From an uncultured Chlamydiales bacterium (GTDB taxonomy: Bacteria; Chlamydiota; Chlamydiia; Chlamydiales; Rhabdochlamydiaceae), in contig OY969554.1 in the NCBI GenBank assembly GCA_963700985.1, forward strand, positions 1,024,001-1,088,000: a DNA stretch of 64,000 bases, written 5' to 3'. The notes beneath the pieces are model-generated. The model worked only from the letters and a program-made list of their open reading frames with translations, had not been told where the DNA came from and did not search any database. Positions within the stretch are counted from its first letter, which is position 1. The number at the start of each line of letters is the position of its first letter. This document shows, in pieces, positions 49,936 to 59,041 of the stretch. Both the position numbers and the translations under genes were made by a program.

Positions 49936-52008
49936 TCAATTGTTCAACAAGTATCCTTCTAAGCCTTGGCTTTGAAGAATGGCTTCTGCTGTTTCCCAAG
50001 AAATGGGGTTATTGTTTCGCACAGTTTCTAAAATGCGAACAATGCAGAGCCCCACTTCGGCATTTTGCCCCACCTTTTGAGCTTTTTTTGCGTATTCAAT
50101 GGCATCAAAAAGCACGGCATTGGCATCGCTGTAAGAAATCCTATTTGCTTCAGGCAACTTGTCGTTGACATGGCTTAGAATTAAGAAAGTAGCTCTGCCG
50201 ATTAACTTGAGATTCCCTGGGTTGACGTAGGTCATGGTATTCCCCACTACTCGCCCTAATTTTGCCATCACGCCAGTGGAATGAGCGTTGACTAACATCT
50301 TCAATCCAACATGCTGACGTAGTTCCAAAGGATCTTGCTTATTTTCTAATGGCAGCTGCACAACTTGCGCCTGCGGAGAAAGCGAATAAATGGTTTGGAT
50401 TGCAGGATGTTCATCAGAAAGAGGAGCGGATGGCACTAAGATCACCGCTATATTTGCTTGTCTTTCCGCAAAGGTTCTAAGCCAACTATGAAAAGATGAA
50501 GAGGGTTCTGCCAATTGTTCTATTTCATTGGAAAAGAGCACCATCACACCTAAGTCGTTCGCGCCTGGGCCACGTGCCTGCACATTCGCTTTAGAATAAG
50601 AAAAGTCATAGAGAAACTGCTGCTCATTGCCGGCATTAGTTAAACTTCTTAGCGCCGCGGCTTTTAGATAAGGATCTTCGATGTCTTGAGAAAACGGCAG
50701 CTCATAAAATTTTCTATCTAGCCCATAAAATGGACGTCCCAGAAAATTTTCCCAAGCTGAGAGTTGATCCTGCGCTGGTGTCCAAACTTGGATCCATGAC
50801 TTCCTTGGTGCTGCATCCAATGTATCCAAAGGAAATAACCTGAAAGTGGGAGCTCGCTCTGTTGAATCAATAAACACCGTAATCAGCGCTTTCTGTGCAA
50901 AATAGGTGGAGGTGTTTTTGTTTGCGTAAGTAGCAGTCTCTAAATCAGTCAATTGACTGATGGGAACTTGGGCATCCTGCACAGCTTTTTGTATGGGCAA
51001 AAAGCTAAGAAGCCTTTCACGCATGTGGGTTGCATGAAAACCGAGAGATTGCAACTCCTCTTTGGAAAGATGTGGCTCGAGTAATTGATACACAGCCTGT
51101 TCAAGGATAACACCAACCACAAAAGTTTCACTGGTAGTGGCTTGCATTCTTGTAGAGCCTGTGATCGACTGCGGCCCTGTAAATAGACAGACTTTTGTGA
51201 TTGCTTCGTTCTCTAGAACACTACGGCTTCTCTCGAAGGGAAACAGCACTTCATCGGGGTTATTGTAGATAAAATAAAGATGCTTTTGAGCTTCACTCAT
51301 CCAGTTAGGAGCTTCCTTATCATATTGGCCCAAACCAGCCAAAATAGTTCCAATCACCGAAGATGTTTCTCCGCCTTCGGTAACCGCAAAAATCACATCT
51401 CCTCTCTGGATCTGATGATCGGCGAGCTGCAGCTTGCCAATCAGTTGGAGATCTTCGAATCCCTCTAAGGAGCTTATCAACGCGCGGTCTGCTCCGGTCA
51501 TTTCACCGATCAATCGATTTTCAATATTTGGAAAATGCGCCTTAAGCGTTTCCCACTGAGGGAGCGACTGCATTTTTTTCCAAAATGGCCGCCAGAAAGA
51601 GCTCTCCATTTGTTTGGCAAGCCTGCCCGTTGCACCGCATCCATAGATGTAGATTTTCTGATTTTGCAAAATTGCCTGTTGAACAGCGGCAGCGGCTTGA
51701 TCGAGAAGCGTAGTATCTTCAGAAAGTTCCAGAATTTTCTTAGAAATATCTGTGTCAACACTCAAAAGGGCTTGAATTCCAGCGAGAGTGTTGGTTTGGA
51801 TTTTGTGACTCAGATCCCAAGTTTTAGCATGCCTTTGCTCTGTAACTAGTGTATGGAGCTGAAACTGCTTTTTATTGGCGACAAAATCTCGGGACTGCTG
51901 CGATGCTTCAATTTCAAACATATCTAAGACAGAATGTGACTGTGAAAAAACAGGTATACACAGTGCAAACGCAGCGCATATTTTTCCATTATAATTTCTG
52001 AGTTTCAT
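49936..52008 (-). CDS. MurQ/glucokinase-regulatory-protein-like SIS protein
   Basis: TEQRH, YGCGATGRL, TGPQSITGSTRMQA and KMLVNAHSTGVMAKLGRVVGN.M..V...NLKL..RA; RBS before ATG at 52008. Confidence 0.8.
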   Translation of the reverse strand: MKLRNYNGKICAAFALCIPVFSQSHSVLDMFEIEASQQSRDFVANKKQFQLHTLVTEQRHAKTWDLSHKIQTNTLAGIQALLSVDTDISKKILELSEDTTLLDQAAAAVQQAILQNQKIYIYGCGATGRLAKQMESSFWRPFWKKMQSLPQWETLKAHFPNIENRLIGEMTGADRALISSLEGFEDLQLIGKLQLADHQIQRGDVIFAVTEGGETSSVIGTILAGLGQYDKEAPNWMSEAQKHLYFIYNNPDEVLFPFERSRSVLENEAITKVCLFTGPQSITGSTRMQATTSETFVVGVILEQAVYQLLEPHLSKEELQSLGFHATHMRERLLSFLPIQKAVQDAQVPISQLTDLETATYANKNTSTYFAQKALITVFIDSTERAPTFRLFPLDTLDAAPRKSWIQVWTPAQDQLSAWENFLGRPFYGLDRKFYELPFSQDIEDPYLKAAALRSLTNAGNEQQFLYDFSYSKANVQARGPGANDLGVMVLFSNEIEQLAEPSSSFHSWLRTFAERQANIAVILVPSAPLSDEHPAIQTIYSLSPQAQVVQLPLENKQDPLELRQHVGLKMLVNAHSTGVMAKLGRVVGNTMTYVNPGNLKLIGRATFLILSHVNDKLPEANRISYSDANAVLFDAIEYAKKAQKVGQNAEVGLCIVRILETVRNNNPISWETAEAILQSQGLEGYLLNN

Positions 52009-52124
52009 CTTGTACTCCCTTGCGATAGTTTTCTTACACACTAAAATCTTGCGAGATTCGAGAAATTGCCACCATATCATGACATCCATTATATATTGCA
52101 TATTGAACTCAAAGATAAGAAAAG

Positions 52125-52910
52125 GTGGTGCTAATGCATTTCAAGATCAGGCACTTTTTCACTAAGATGCAGGATATTCTCATTACAGATTTCCGCTATC
52201 TTCTGCCATGCGGATTAAAATGGTTCTTCCATCGAAAAATCAAAAGAGATATTTCTCTTCTTCAACTGAAAAACCGTTCTGGTAAGAAAGCTAGTCTATA
52301 TCAACATGGCAATTGGAAATCCGAAAATAAAGGGACTCAGGTCATTCTAATTTTACACGGATTATACTCTCATCCTTTTGTGATGCTTCATCTGGCAGAA
52401 ATAGCCAAGAAAACCGGACCTACATTTAGCCTTTTTGTTAGATACGATGAAGTAAACTTGGATAATCATCGCTCTCTCATAAAACAAGCCATCGACAGCA
52501 TAGAAAAGACATTGCTCGATCAAGGCTATTCTCTCAAAGGGATGGTGTTGGTAGGCCATTCAATGGGAGCAATCGAAGCTGCTTACACCGCATTTGTAGA
52601 AAAGGATAAGAGAATTTTATCGGTAATTTCTATTGCTGGACGTTTGAAAGTTGTAGAGTCAGCCACGAGCCCTTGCAGAGAATCTTTAAAAGAGACTCTA
52701 GATAAAATTTATGAAAGGGTGCAATCAAACCCAGATCTTCCCTTATATCAGATTGTAGGCAAGCGCGATTGGAATGCATCGCTAGAATCTACGCTTATTC
52801 GAAGGAACCCAGGCTGCTATCATATCATTGAAGATAGCATGCATTTTAATATTCTTTTCCATAAGGACACCTACACAAAACTGTCCGAATTTTTACAAAA
52901 AACTTTATAA
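52125..52910 (+). CDS. Alpha/beta hydrolase
   Basis: ILHGL, VGHSMG, C-terminal His. Confidence 0.8.
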   Translation: MVLMHFKIRHFFTKMQDILITDFRYLLPCGLKWFFHRKIKRDISLLQLKNRSGKKASLYQHGNWKSENKGTQVILILHGLYSHPFVMLHLAEIAKKTGPTFSLFVRYDEVNLDNHRSLIKQAIDSIEKTLLDQGYSLKGMVLVGHSMGAIEAAYTAFVEKDKRILSVISIAGRLKVVESATSPCRESLKETLDKIYERVQSNPDLPLYQIVGKRDWNASLESTLIRRNPGCYHIIEDSMHFNILFHKDTYTKLSEFLQKTL

Positions 52911-52980
52911 ACCCTAATCCCTAATATAAATATTAGAGAATATGACATGCTCAAGCTCTCAATCTTAGGAGAATAAAGAT

Positions 52981-53601
52981 ATGTCCTATAAAGCCATTAC
53001 AAAAACGAGTTATGAAGCGACAGCAAACGCATTTACTCGTAATGTTGCAGATCTGGCACCTATAACATCAATTGAGAGATTCATTAAACTTCTACCTTCT
53101 AACGCGAAAATTGTCGATATAGGATGCGGTTCAGGTAGAGATGCTAAGATTTTTACAGAAAATGGTGTGTCAGTATTCGGCCTGGATTTTTGTAAAAATT
53201 TAATCGATATCGCTCGATCCAATGCTCCTCTTGCTGAATTTCAACAATTAGACATTGAAGAGATCAATTTTCCTGCAGCTTATTTAGATGGAGCTTGGGC
53301 TTGTTGCTCCCTTTCACACATCTCAAAAGCTACATTGCCTTTCGTTTTGTTAAACATTCACTCATTCCTTAAAGAACAAGGCTATTTCTATCTAACACTC
53401 AGAAAAGGTTCTGGCGAAGGATTAGAAAAAGATACTCGCTACCAAGGAGATTTTGAAAAATTTTGGGCCTCCTTTGAAGAAAAAGAGATCGAGAGCATCA
53501 TTCAAAAAGCCAAATTTAAAGTGCTCGAATGTTGCACAGTTCATAAAGAAGCTACCTATCGAACATTTCCATGCATTAGAATGTTTTGTCAAAAACAATA
53601 G
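52981..53601 (+). CDS. Class I SAM-dependent methyltransferase
   Basis: VDIGCGSGRD, DGAWACCSL.H. Confidence 0.92.
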   Translation: MSYKAITKTSYEATANAFTRNVADLAPITSIERFIKLLPSNAKIVDIGCGSGRDAKIFTENGVSVFGLDFCKNLIDIARSNAPLAEFQQLDIEEINFPAAYLDGAWACCSLSHISKATLPFVLLNIHSFLKEQGYFYLTLRKGSGEGLEKDTRYQGDFEKFWASFEEKEIESIIQKAKFKVLECCTVHKEATYRTFPCIRMFCQKQ

Positions 53602-53954
53602 ACTTTACCTCTATGAAAATTTGCTTAGACACTCTTAAAATGAATGTGGTCAAAACGGCTGAAAATGGCGTGGTCAATCACGAGACAATTTTTGTGTTTT
53701 CACAAAAAGGAGATGTAATTTCTGCTGAATACTCCGGCGGGAAAATCCGCCAGGGATTTTTAGTAGGAAAGTTCCTTGCCGAAAACCAGTTGACGTTCAG
53801 TTACTGTCAGATCCAATTAGATGGAAAACTCGATAACGGACTTTCTACGTGTGAATTATCAAGAAATGAAAATGGCAAAGTCACGCTTACTGAACATTTT
53901 GAATGGAAATCTCGCCCAGGAGAGTTCGGCACGAATATTTTCCAAGAAATCTAG
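53586..53954 (+). CDS. Conserved beta-barrel hypothetical protein
   Basis: NGVVN.ETIF.F.Q....AEYSGG.I..G.L.G pattern. Confidence 0.7.
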   Translation: MSKTIDFTSMKICLDTLKMNVVKTAENGVVNHETIFVFSQKGDVISAEYSGGKIRQGFLVGKFLAENQLTFSYCQIQLDGKLDNGLSTCELSRNENGKVTLTEHFEWKSRPGEFGTNIFQEI

Positions 53955-53976
53955 TTTTTTGGAATAGCAAAGGCCA

Positions 53977-54351
53977 CTATTGCGATTTACCTAACTTCTC
54001 CTGTTCGAGCAATGAAAGCTCTTCATCAGTCAGTGAGGTTTCCACCAATTCGATAGGCACACCCTGCTCTTCAATTATAGCAACGCGATAACCTTTCAAA
54101 GGGCTATAAGGGCCAAAGAGTATTTTGCAGCCTTTGATCTCAGTATCTAAATCATCCACTTGAAAGGCGATGTGAGGGACTTGCGTTACAAGTTCTGGCA
54201 GCCCGTGTCCCTCAGGAAAACGATGCCACTGAATATGATATTTGTTCTGCTCGAAAGGAGTGGAGTAAAACTTGAATCCTTGCACTTCAACAAGGCTCTC
54301 ATCTTTTCGCTTTTCTTTAGTTGGAATTCCGTAGTGATGGTATTTGCGCAT
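53977..54351 (-). CDS. VOC/glyoxalase-like protein
   Basis: YHHYGIP, PHIAFQVDDL, PIELVE. Confidence 0.8.
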   Translation of the reverse strand: MRKYHHYGIPTKEKRKDESLVEVQGFKFYSTPFEQNKYHIQWHRFPEGHGLPELVTQVPHIAFQVDDLDTEIKGCKILFGPYSPLKGYRVAIIEEQGVPIELVETSLTDEELSLLEQEKLGKSQ

Positions 54352-54501
54352 GTAGAGTTGCTCTTCGAATAGATTTTAGTAATTTTACTCTATACGCTGA
54401 TCAAAAATTCAAGGAATAAAAAAAGCTTGCAATCGGCAAGTTTTTCGTATTATGTCGAGTTTAACGACGTCGCAAGATGCAAAACAATAAGAGGCATTTC
54501 T

Positions 54502-55437
54502 ATGACAGGATCTTCTGATTTCCGACTAACTAGAATAGCGCTGAACAATGGAAGCGGCCATATGCCTGCACTCGGCTGTGGCACCCTGATTCCCAACCCC
54601 ACTGAAAGCAAAAACGCAACTAGAGATGCGCTTGCGGCCGGATTTCGACACTTTGATTGCGCAGAAAGATACCGAAATGAGCGCGAAATAGGCGAAGCAT
54701 TGCAAGCAGGTCTTGCCAGCGGAATTAAACGTGAAGACCTTTTCATTACCACCAAGTTGTGGAACACAAACCATCGACCAGAACGCGTTGAGCCGGCTTT
54801 TGAGGCGAGTCGAGAAAGACTCAAGCTCGAATATTTAGATCTCTATCTCAGTCACACCCCGTTTGCCTTTCAGCCTGGAGACGAGCAAGATCCACGGGAT
54901 CAAAGCGGCAATGTCATCTACGATAAAGGCGTGACTCTGCTAGATACTTGGAGAGCCATGGAAAGTCTTGTGGATCATGGTAAATGTCGGGCCATTGGAT
55001 TGGGAGATATTAGCTTGAAAGAGCTACAACCTATCTATGATGCTGCGCGCATCAAGCCAGCTGCGATCCAGATCGAGTCCCATCCCTATCTACCAGAAAC
55101 AGAACTCTTAGAATACTGCAAAAAGAGAGGCATTATCCTTTTGGCTTTCGCGCCATTAGGTCATGGCATGCGTCCGGGATTGCTTGAAGATCCAGTGATT
55201 TTGGCAATCGCTGCGCGAGTTAAAAAGACGCCAGCGCAGGTTCTGCTGGCATGGGCGGTGCAGCGTGGCACGGCCGTGCTTACTACACCCAAAACTACAG
55301 CGCGCGCAAAAGAGAGCTTCGACATCTCCTCTCTTCCCGAAGATGCTTTTAACGAAATCAATCGCATTCAGACTAGGCAGAGACTCAACACAGTGGTGAA
55401 CACAGGCGTTCCCGGCTTCATCAAAAGAGGTAGCTGA
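54502..55437 (+). CDS. Aldo/keto reductase
   Basis: MPALG.GT, RHFDCAERY.NE, REDLFITTKLW, LDLYL.H and IESHPY motifs. Confidence 0.95.
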   Translation: MTGSSDFRLTRIALNNGSGHMPALGCGTLIPNPTESKNATRDALAAGFRHFDCAERYRNEREIGEALQAGLASGIKREDLFITTKLWNTNHRPERVEPAFEASRERLKLEYLDLYLSHTPFAFQPGDEQDPRDQSGNVIYDKGVTLLDTWRAMESLVDHGKCRAIGLGDISLKELQPIYDAARIKPAAIQIESHPYLPETELLEYCKKRGIILLAFAPLGHGMRPGLLEDPVILAIAARVKKTPAQVLLAWAVQRGTAVLTTPKTTARAKESFDISSLPEDAFNEINRIQTRQRLNTVVNTGVPGFIKRGS

Positions 55438-55475
55438 ACGGATTTTTTTGGGGTGCGAAAACTTGGTCTTCTCTT

Positions 55476-56345
55476 TTAATATTCAGCAAAATGGTTTTCC
55501 GGCAAAGTCTGCCCACCATCAATAATCAGGCTTTGGCCTGTAATATAGCTTGCTTCTTTTGATGCAAGAAAAAGAATTGCATGAGCAACATCTTCAGGGG
55601 TACCCAAACGGCCTAAAGGTATTGCGGGAATCATATTGTTAGTATGTTCTGAACCTATAAGGTCTTCAGTCATAATATTTCCTGGCTCTACAGCGTTTAC
55701 GTTGATTTTATACTTTGCTAATTCAACTGCAGCAGTTCGAATAAATCCTGCTACTCCTCCTTTAGAAGCCGTATAATGAGAATATCCCGGGAGAGCAGTT
55801 TGTGGACCGGAAATAGATGATGTAATAACAATTTTTCCATGTCCCTGAGACTTCATTGTTGGTATGCAAGATTTGACTGCTAAAAAAGTACCCGTCAGAT
55901 TTACATCGATTACTTTTTGCCATTCTTCCAGTGTCATATTTTCAACTCTTGCATGTGGATAAATGCCTGCATTATGACAAAGCACATCTATCCTCCCATA
56001 TTGGCTTAAAGCTTCAGCAACCATTCTCTCCATGTCTTTTGGATTGCTTACATCAGCTTTAATAAAAATCGCATTACCTTTATTTGCTTGAATAGCAGCT
56101 TTTACAGCTTTGAGGAGAGCTTCATCTCGCCCTACTAAAACAACGTTTGCACCTTCTTCAGCGAAGAGAAAAGCTATTCCACGCCCTATTCCTCTTGAAG
56201 CACCTGTTACAATGACTACTTGATTGCTAAACTTTTTGACGTCTTTTGACTCACTGAATGTCTGCAAAGTTGTGTCTTCAGCATGAATTGATGTAGGATT
56301 GGGCATACACATTCCTAATAAGAGTGTGACAATGATTTTCATCAT
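55476..56345 (-). CDS. SDR oxidoreductase (FabG-like)
   Basis: TGASRGIG, NAG, YTASK, IPLGRLG and IDGG motifs. Confidence 0.93.
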   Translation of the reverse strand: MMKIIVTLLLGMCMPNPTSIHAEDTTLQTFSESKDVKKFSNQVVIVTGASRGIGRGIAFLFAEEGANVVLVGRDEALLKAVKAAIQANKGNAIFIKADVSNPKDMERMVAEALSQYGRIDVLCHNAGIYPHARVENMTLEEWQKVIDVNLTGTFLAVKSCIPTMKSQGHGKIVITSSISGPQTALPGYSHYTASKGGVAGFIRTAAVELAKYKINVNAVEPGNIMTEDLIGSEHTNNMIPAIPLGRLGTPEDVAHAILFLASKEASYITGQSLIIDGGQTLPENHFAEY

Positions 56346-56484
56346 AAAGCTCTAATGGTTATATAAAATCGATAAAATTAAAAATTTATTGTATTTCCGA
56401 AAAAAATAAAAAAACTGAGTTAGCAAAAGCTATTCAAAAATTGGTTTTTGGTTTTGCCTCCCCTATTTTTAACAGGAAGATGGT

Positions 56485-56668
56485 TTAAATCCAGCTTTAG
56501 CGATTATTACAAAAATCCAAGGGGTTACAAAAAGAAAAAACAGGAAACATTGTCATTTCTAAAAATGTCTCCGGGGTTTTGCCCAGCACCGGAGCGTTCT
56601 CGAACCAATTTCTCGAGGGAATGAAGCTTCTCTATGAACTAGAACCCCTTATCAAAGTGAAACCCTAA
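56485..56668 (+). pseudogene. Possible C-terminal remnant of a site-specific recombinase overlapping a degenerate att site
   Basis: Frameshifted peptide LNPALAIITK/SKGLQKEKTG...SGVLPSTGAFSNQFLEGMKLLYELEPLIKVKP*. It contains ttttgcc...gga...ctcgaacc, resembling the tRNA-Leu 3' end. Confidence 0.35.
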
Positions 56669-56792
56669 TCTCACAAATCAGCGGGAAAAGGGCGGCAAAG
56701 TAGTGAGATATGCCTCTTGATGGAGAGACACCGGCAAAGCCCACCCCCCTTCTATGAGCTAGAGCTATCTTTGGAAGGATTCAAAACCCTCT

Positions 56793-57728
56793 TTAGGAAC
56801 GTGATTTAAAAAAAGCGGCTCCAAGAAAAGCGACAGCAAGAGCACAGACTCCACCTATCAAAAGGTAATTAGTCTCTTTCTTTGTATGAGAAGCCTCTTT
56901 TAATGAATCCATATCTTTCAGAAAGCGATCTAAAACCTCATTAAATTTCTGAGAATTCTGCCAAAATACCCCGTGCCCTCCTTTAAGAAGATGCACTTGG
57001 TTATTCCATAGGTTTTTGAAAGTAACTTCTTTTTGAATGTAATCATTATTAATCCCTGTATCATCTTCACCGCAGACAACAGCTACAGGCTTATTCGACG
57101 TCTCTACGATCTCTTTTTGATTTCCCCCTATACCTTTTTGCATAGACGCAATGAGACAAGAACGTGCTGCCCCGTGAGTTCTCAAAGTGGCCTCCAATAA
57201 AAAGGGAGCTTCTTTAGTATTAATCCCTCCTTGAGCAACAAAAGTTTCTGCTTCTTCTGGACTAAACTTCTCTTGGCTCATCAAATGCAAACAGGGGAAT
57301 GGGCGAAATCCCCGACTGAATCCTTCCGCAGTAAGAGGAATTGGAGGTGTACCAGTGATCAAAATCCCTTGAGTCCCAGGCCATCTTTTCAACAGATCAA
57401 TGGCAATATGTCCACCAAGTGACCAGCCGACAATAGACGCTTTCTGAATATTCATTTTTTGGAGAACATCTATTGCTACATCGGCATAGCCAGGCAGGGA
57501 ATAGGTTGCTTCGGCATCTCTTGCATTTTCGCTTTTTCCATGACCCGGCAAGTCTATTGCAATCAGTCTAAAATTCCGTCCAATATTACTTTCAATGCTT
57601 TTCCTGAAGACTTCCTTGCACGCCGAATTGCCATGAATAAACAAAACCGCAGGACCATCCCCCTGAGATTCTAAGACTGAAATTTTTCCATACTGTGTCT
57701 GAACCGCATATTCTACCGGCGCTGCCAT
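56793..57728 (-). CDS. Alpha/beta hydrolase with C-terminal TM anchor
   Basis: FIHGN, DLPGHG, GWSLGG, GH; hydrophobic tail followed by KSRS. Confidence 0.9.
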   Translation of the reverse strand: MAAPVEYAVQTQYGKISVLESQGDGPAVLFIHGNSACKEVFRKSIESNIGRNFRLIAIDLPGHGKSENARDAEATYSLPGYADVAIDVLQKMNIQKASIVGWSLGGHIAIDLLKRWPGTQGILITGTPPIPLTAEGFSRGFRPFPCLHLMSQEKFSPEEAETFVAQGGINTKEAPFLLEATLRTHGAARSCLIASMQKGIGGNQKEIVETSNKPVAVVCGEDDTGINNDYIQKEVTFKNLWNNQVHLLKGGHGVFWQNSQKFNEVLDRFLKDMDSLKEASHTKKETNYLLIGGVCALAVAFLGAAFFKSRS

Positions 57729-57793
57729 AGATATCTTCCTTGTTAAAAGAGGTGCCATTCTATCATCAATAAGCATTTCATTCTAGCAAGGGA

Positions 57794-57923
57794 CCCTTCG
57801 GCGGGCAGCTAGTTGTCCAGTCGGCTCAGGGCCCGGTTCGCTATCTGCTCACCTGCTCCGCACTACAAAGGCCCAATGGGCCTTCTTCGTGTATCCGCAG
57901 CCAAACTTTTGGCTTTTTTAATG
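57794..57923. repeat. Diverged copy of the tRNA-associated repeat
   Basis: cccttcggcgggcagc..gggcccggttcgc..gctcac..agccaaacttttggc shared with the 61144-61442 units. Confidence 0.8.
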
Positions 57924-57930
57924 AGAGAAT

Positions 57931-58848
57931 TTATTGAGGAAAAACGATCTCGGATGGAAGAGAAGTGGAATGAACGGATAGAAACTGTTCTATAACAGTA
58001 ACCAAAGTAACTGGAGTTTCTATCATCGGATAATGACCCGAGGCTTTGCAACACTCCAAATCTGCATTCGGATACCACTTCAAAAAGGTATTACGCATGA
58101 GTGCTTCACCTAAGATTCCAGAATCATATTCAGCAAACAAAACTAACATCGGCGTTTGCAAACCTTTTACTGATTGAGAAAAATCAGTATGAAAAAACAT
58201 GTTCATATAACCGAGGCGGCCTTGGCTCGTAGAGTGTTTGCGAATATCTGTAATCATTTTCTTAGCAAAGGCCTTTGGATACCGATTGCCAGTCAATGTA
58301 TTGACAAACTTCATAGCAGCCTCATCATTGTCTATGGCCATGCCTGCAAAAAAATCTACTATCTCTTTAGGTCCAGGCGTTCCACAAGCAGGGACAGGTG
58401 TTATTGCAACGACACTTTTAACCCTTGAAGGATTGTCTACAGCGATTTTTTGAACAATCATACCAGACATAGAGTGTCCAATCAGATGAAATTCATTCCA
58501 AGCCAAGAAATCAATGAGCTTAATAGCGTCAGAACTCGCTTCTTCTACTGAAAATGTCCCTTTCATTTCTTTGGAACCACCATACCCACGCAAGTCTACA
58601 AAAACATAAGTGTACTCGTCAGTGTTTAGGTATGGGATCATGAAATCATAGCTTGTCGAATCCGTCGTCCAGCTGTGCATAACGAGGACTTTTTCTTTTC
58701 CTGATCCAATTTGTTTGTGGGCGATAAATTCCATATCTTGATTCTCCGATGAGCTAAGGATTTGCGCTGATAAAGTCGACATGAAAACCAAAAGAACGCT
58801 GATAAATGCAGCCAATTTTGAAGAAATGAATCGAAACATGAGGAGCAA
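57931..58848 (-). CDS. Alpha/beta hydrolase
   Basis: DLRGYG, GHSMSG and SGHYPM motifs. Confidence 0.9.
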   Translation of the reverse strand: MLLMFRFISSKLAAFISVLLVFMSTLSAQILSSSENQDMEFIAHKQIGSGKEKVLVMHSWTTDSTSYDFMIPYLNTDEYTYVFVDLRGYGGSKEMKGTFSVEEASSDAIKLIDFLAWNEFHLIGHSMSGMIVQKIAVDNPSRVKSVVAITPVPACGTPGPKEIVDFFAGMAIDNDEAAMKFVNTLTGNRYPKAFAKKMITDIRKHSTSQGRLGYMNMFFHTDFSQSVKGLQTPMLVLFAEYDSGILGEALMRNTFLKWYPNADLECCKASGHYPMIETPVTLVTVIEQFLSVHSTSLPSEIVFPQ

Positions 58849-59041
58849 CTACTAGATTCGTGATTTGACTGGCGTTTATGACAAACTGATGTCTTTCAAC
58901 ACAAGCAAAACTTGATGATTTTCTTGGAAACCACTATCAAAATTAGTGACAACAAAGAAAAAAGATAAGTTGTATAAAAATCGATTCTTTCTTCACTCAA
59001 TATCAGATATTTACAGTAAACTACTTTTGACAAGGAAAATT

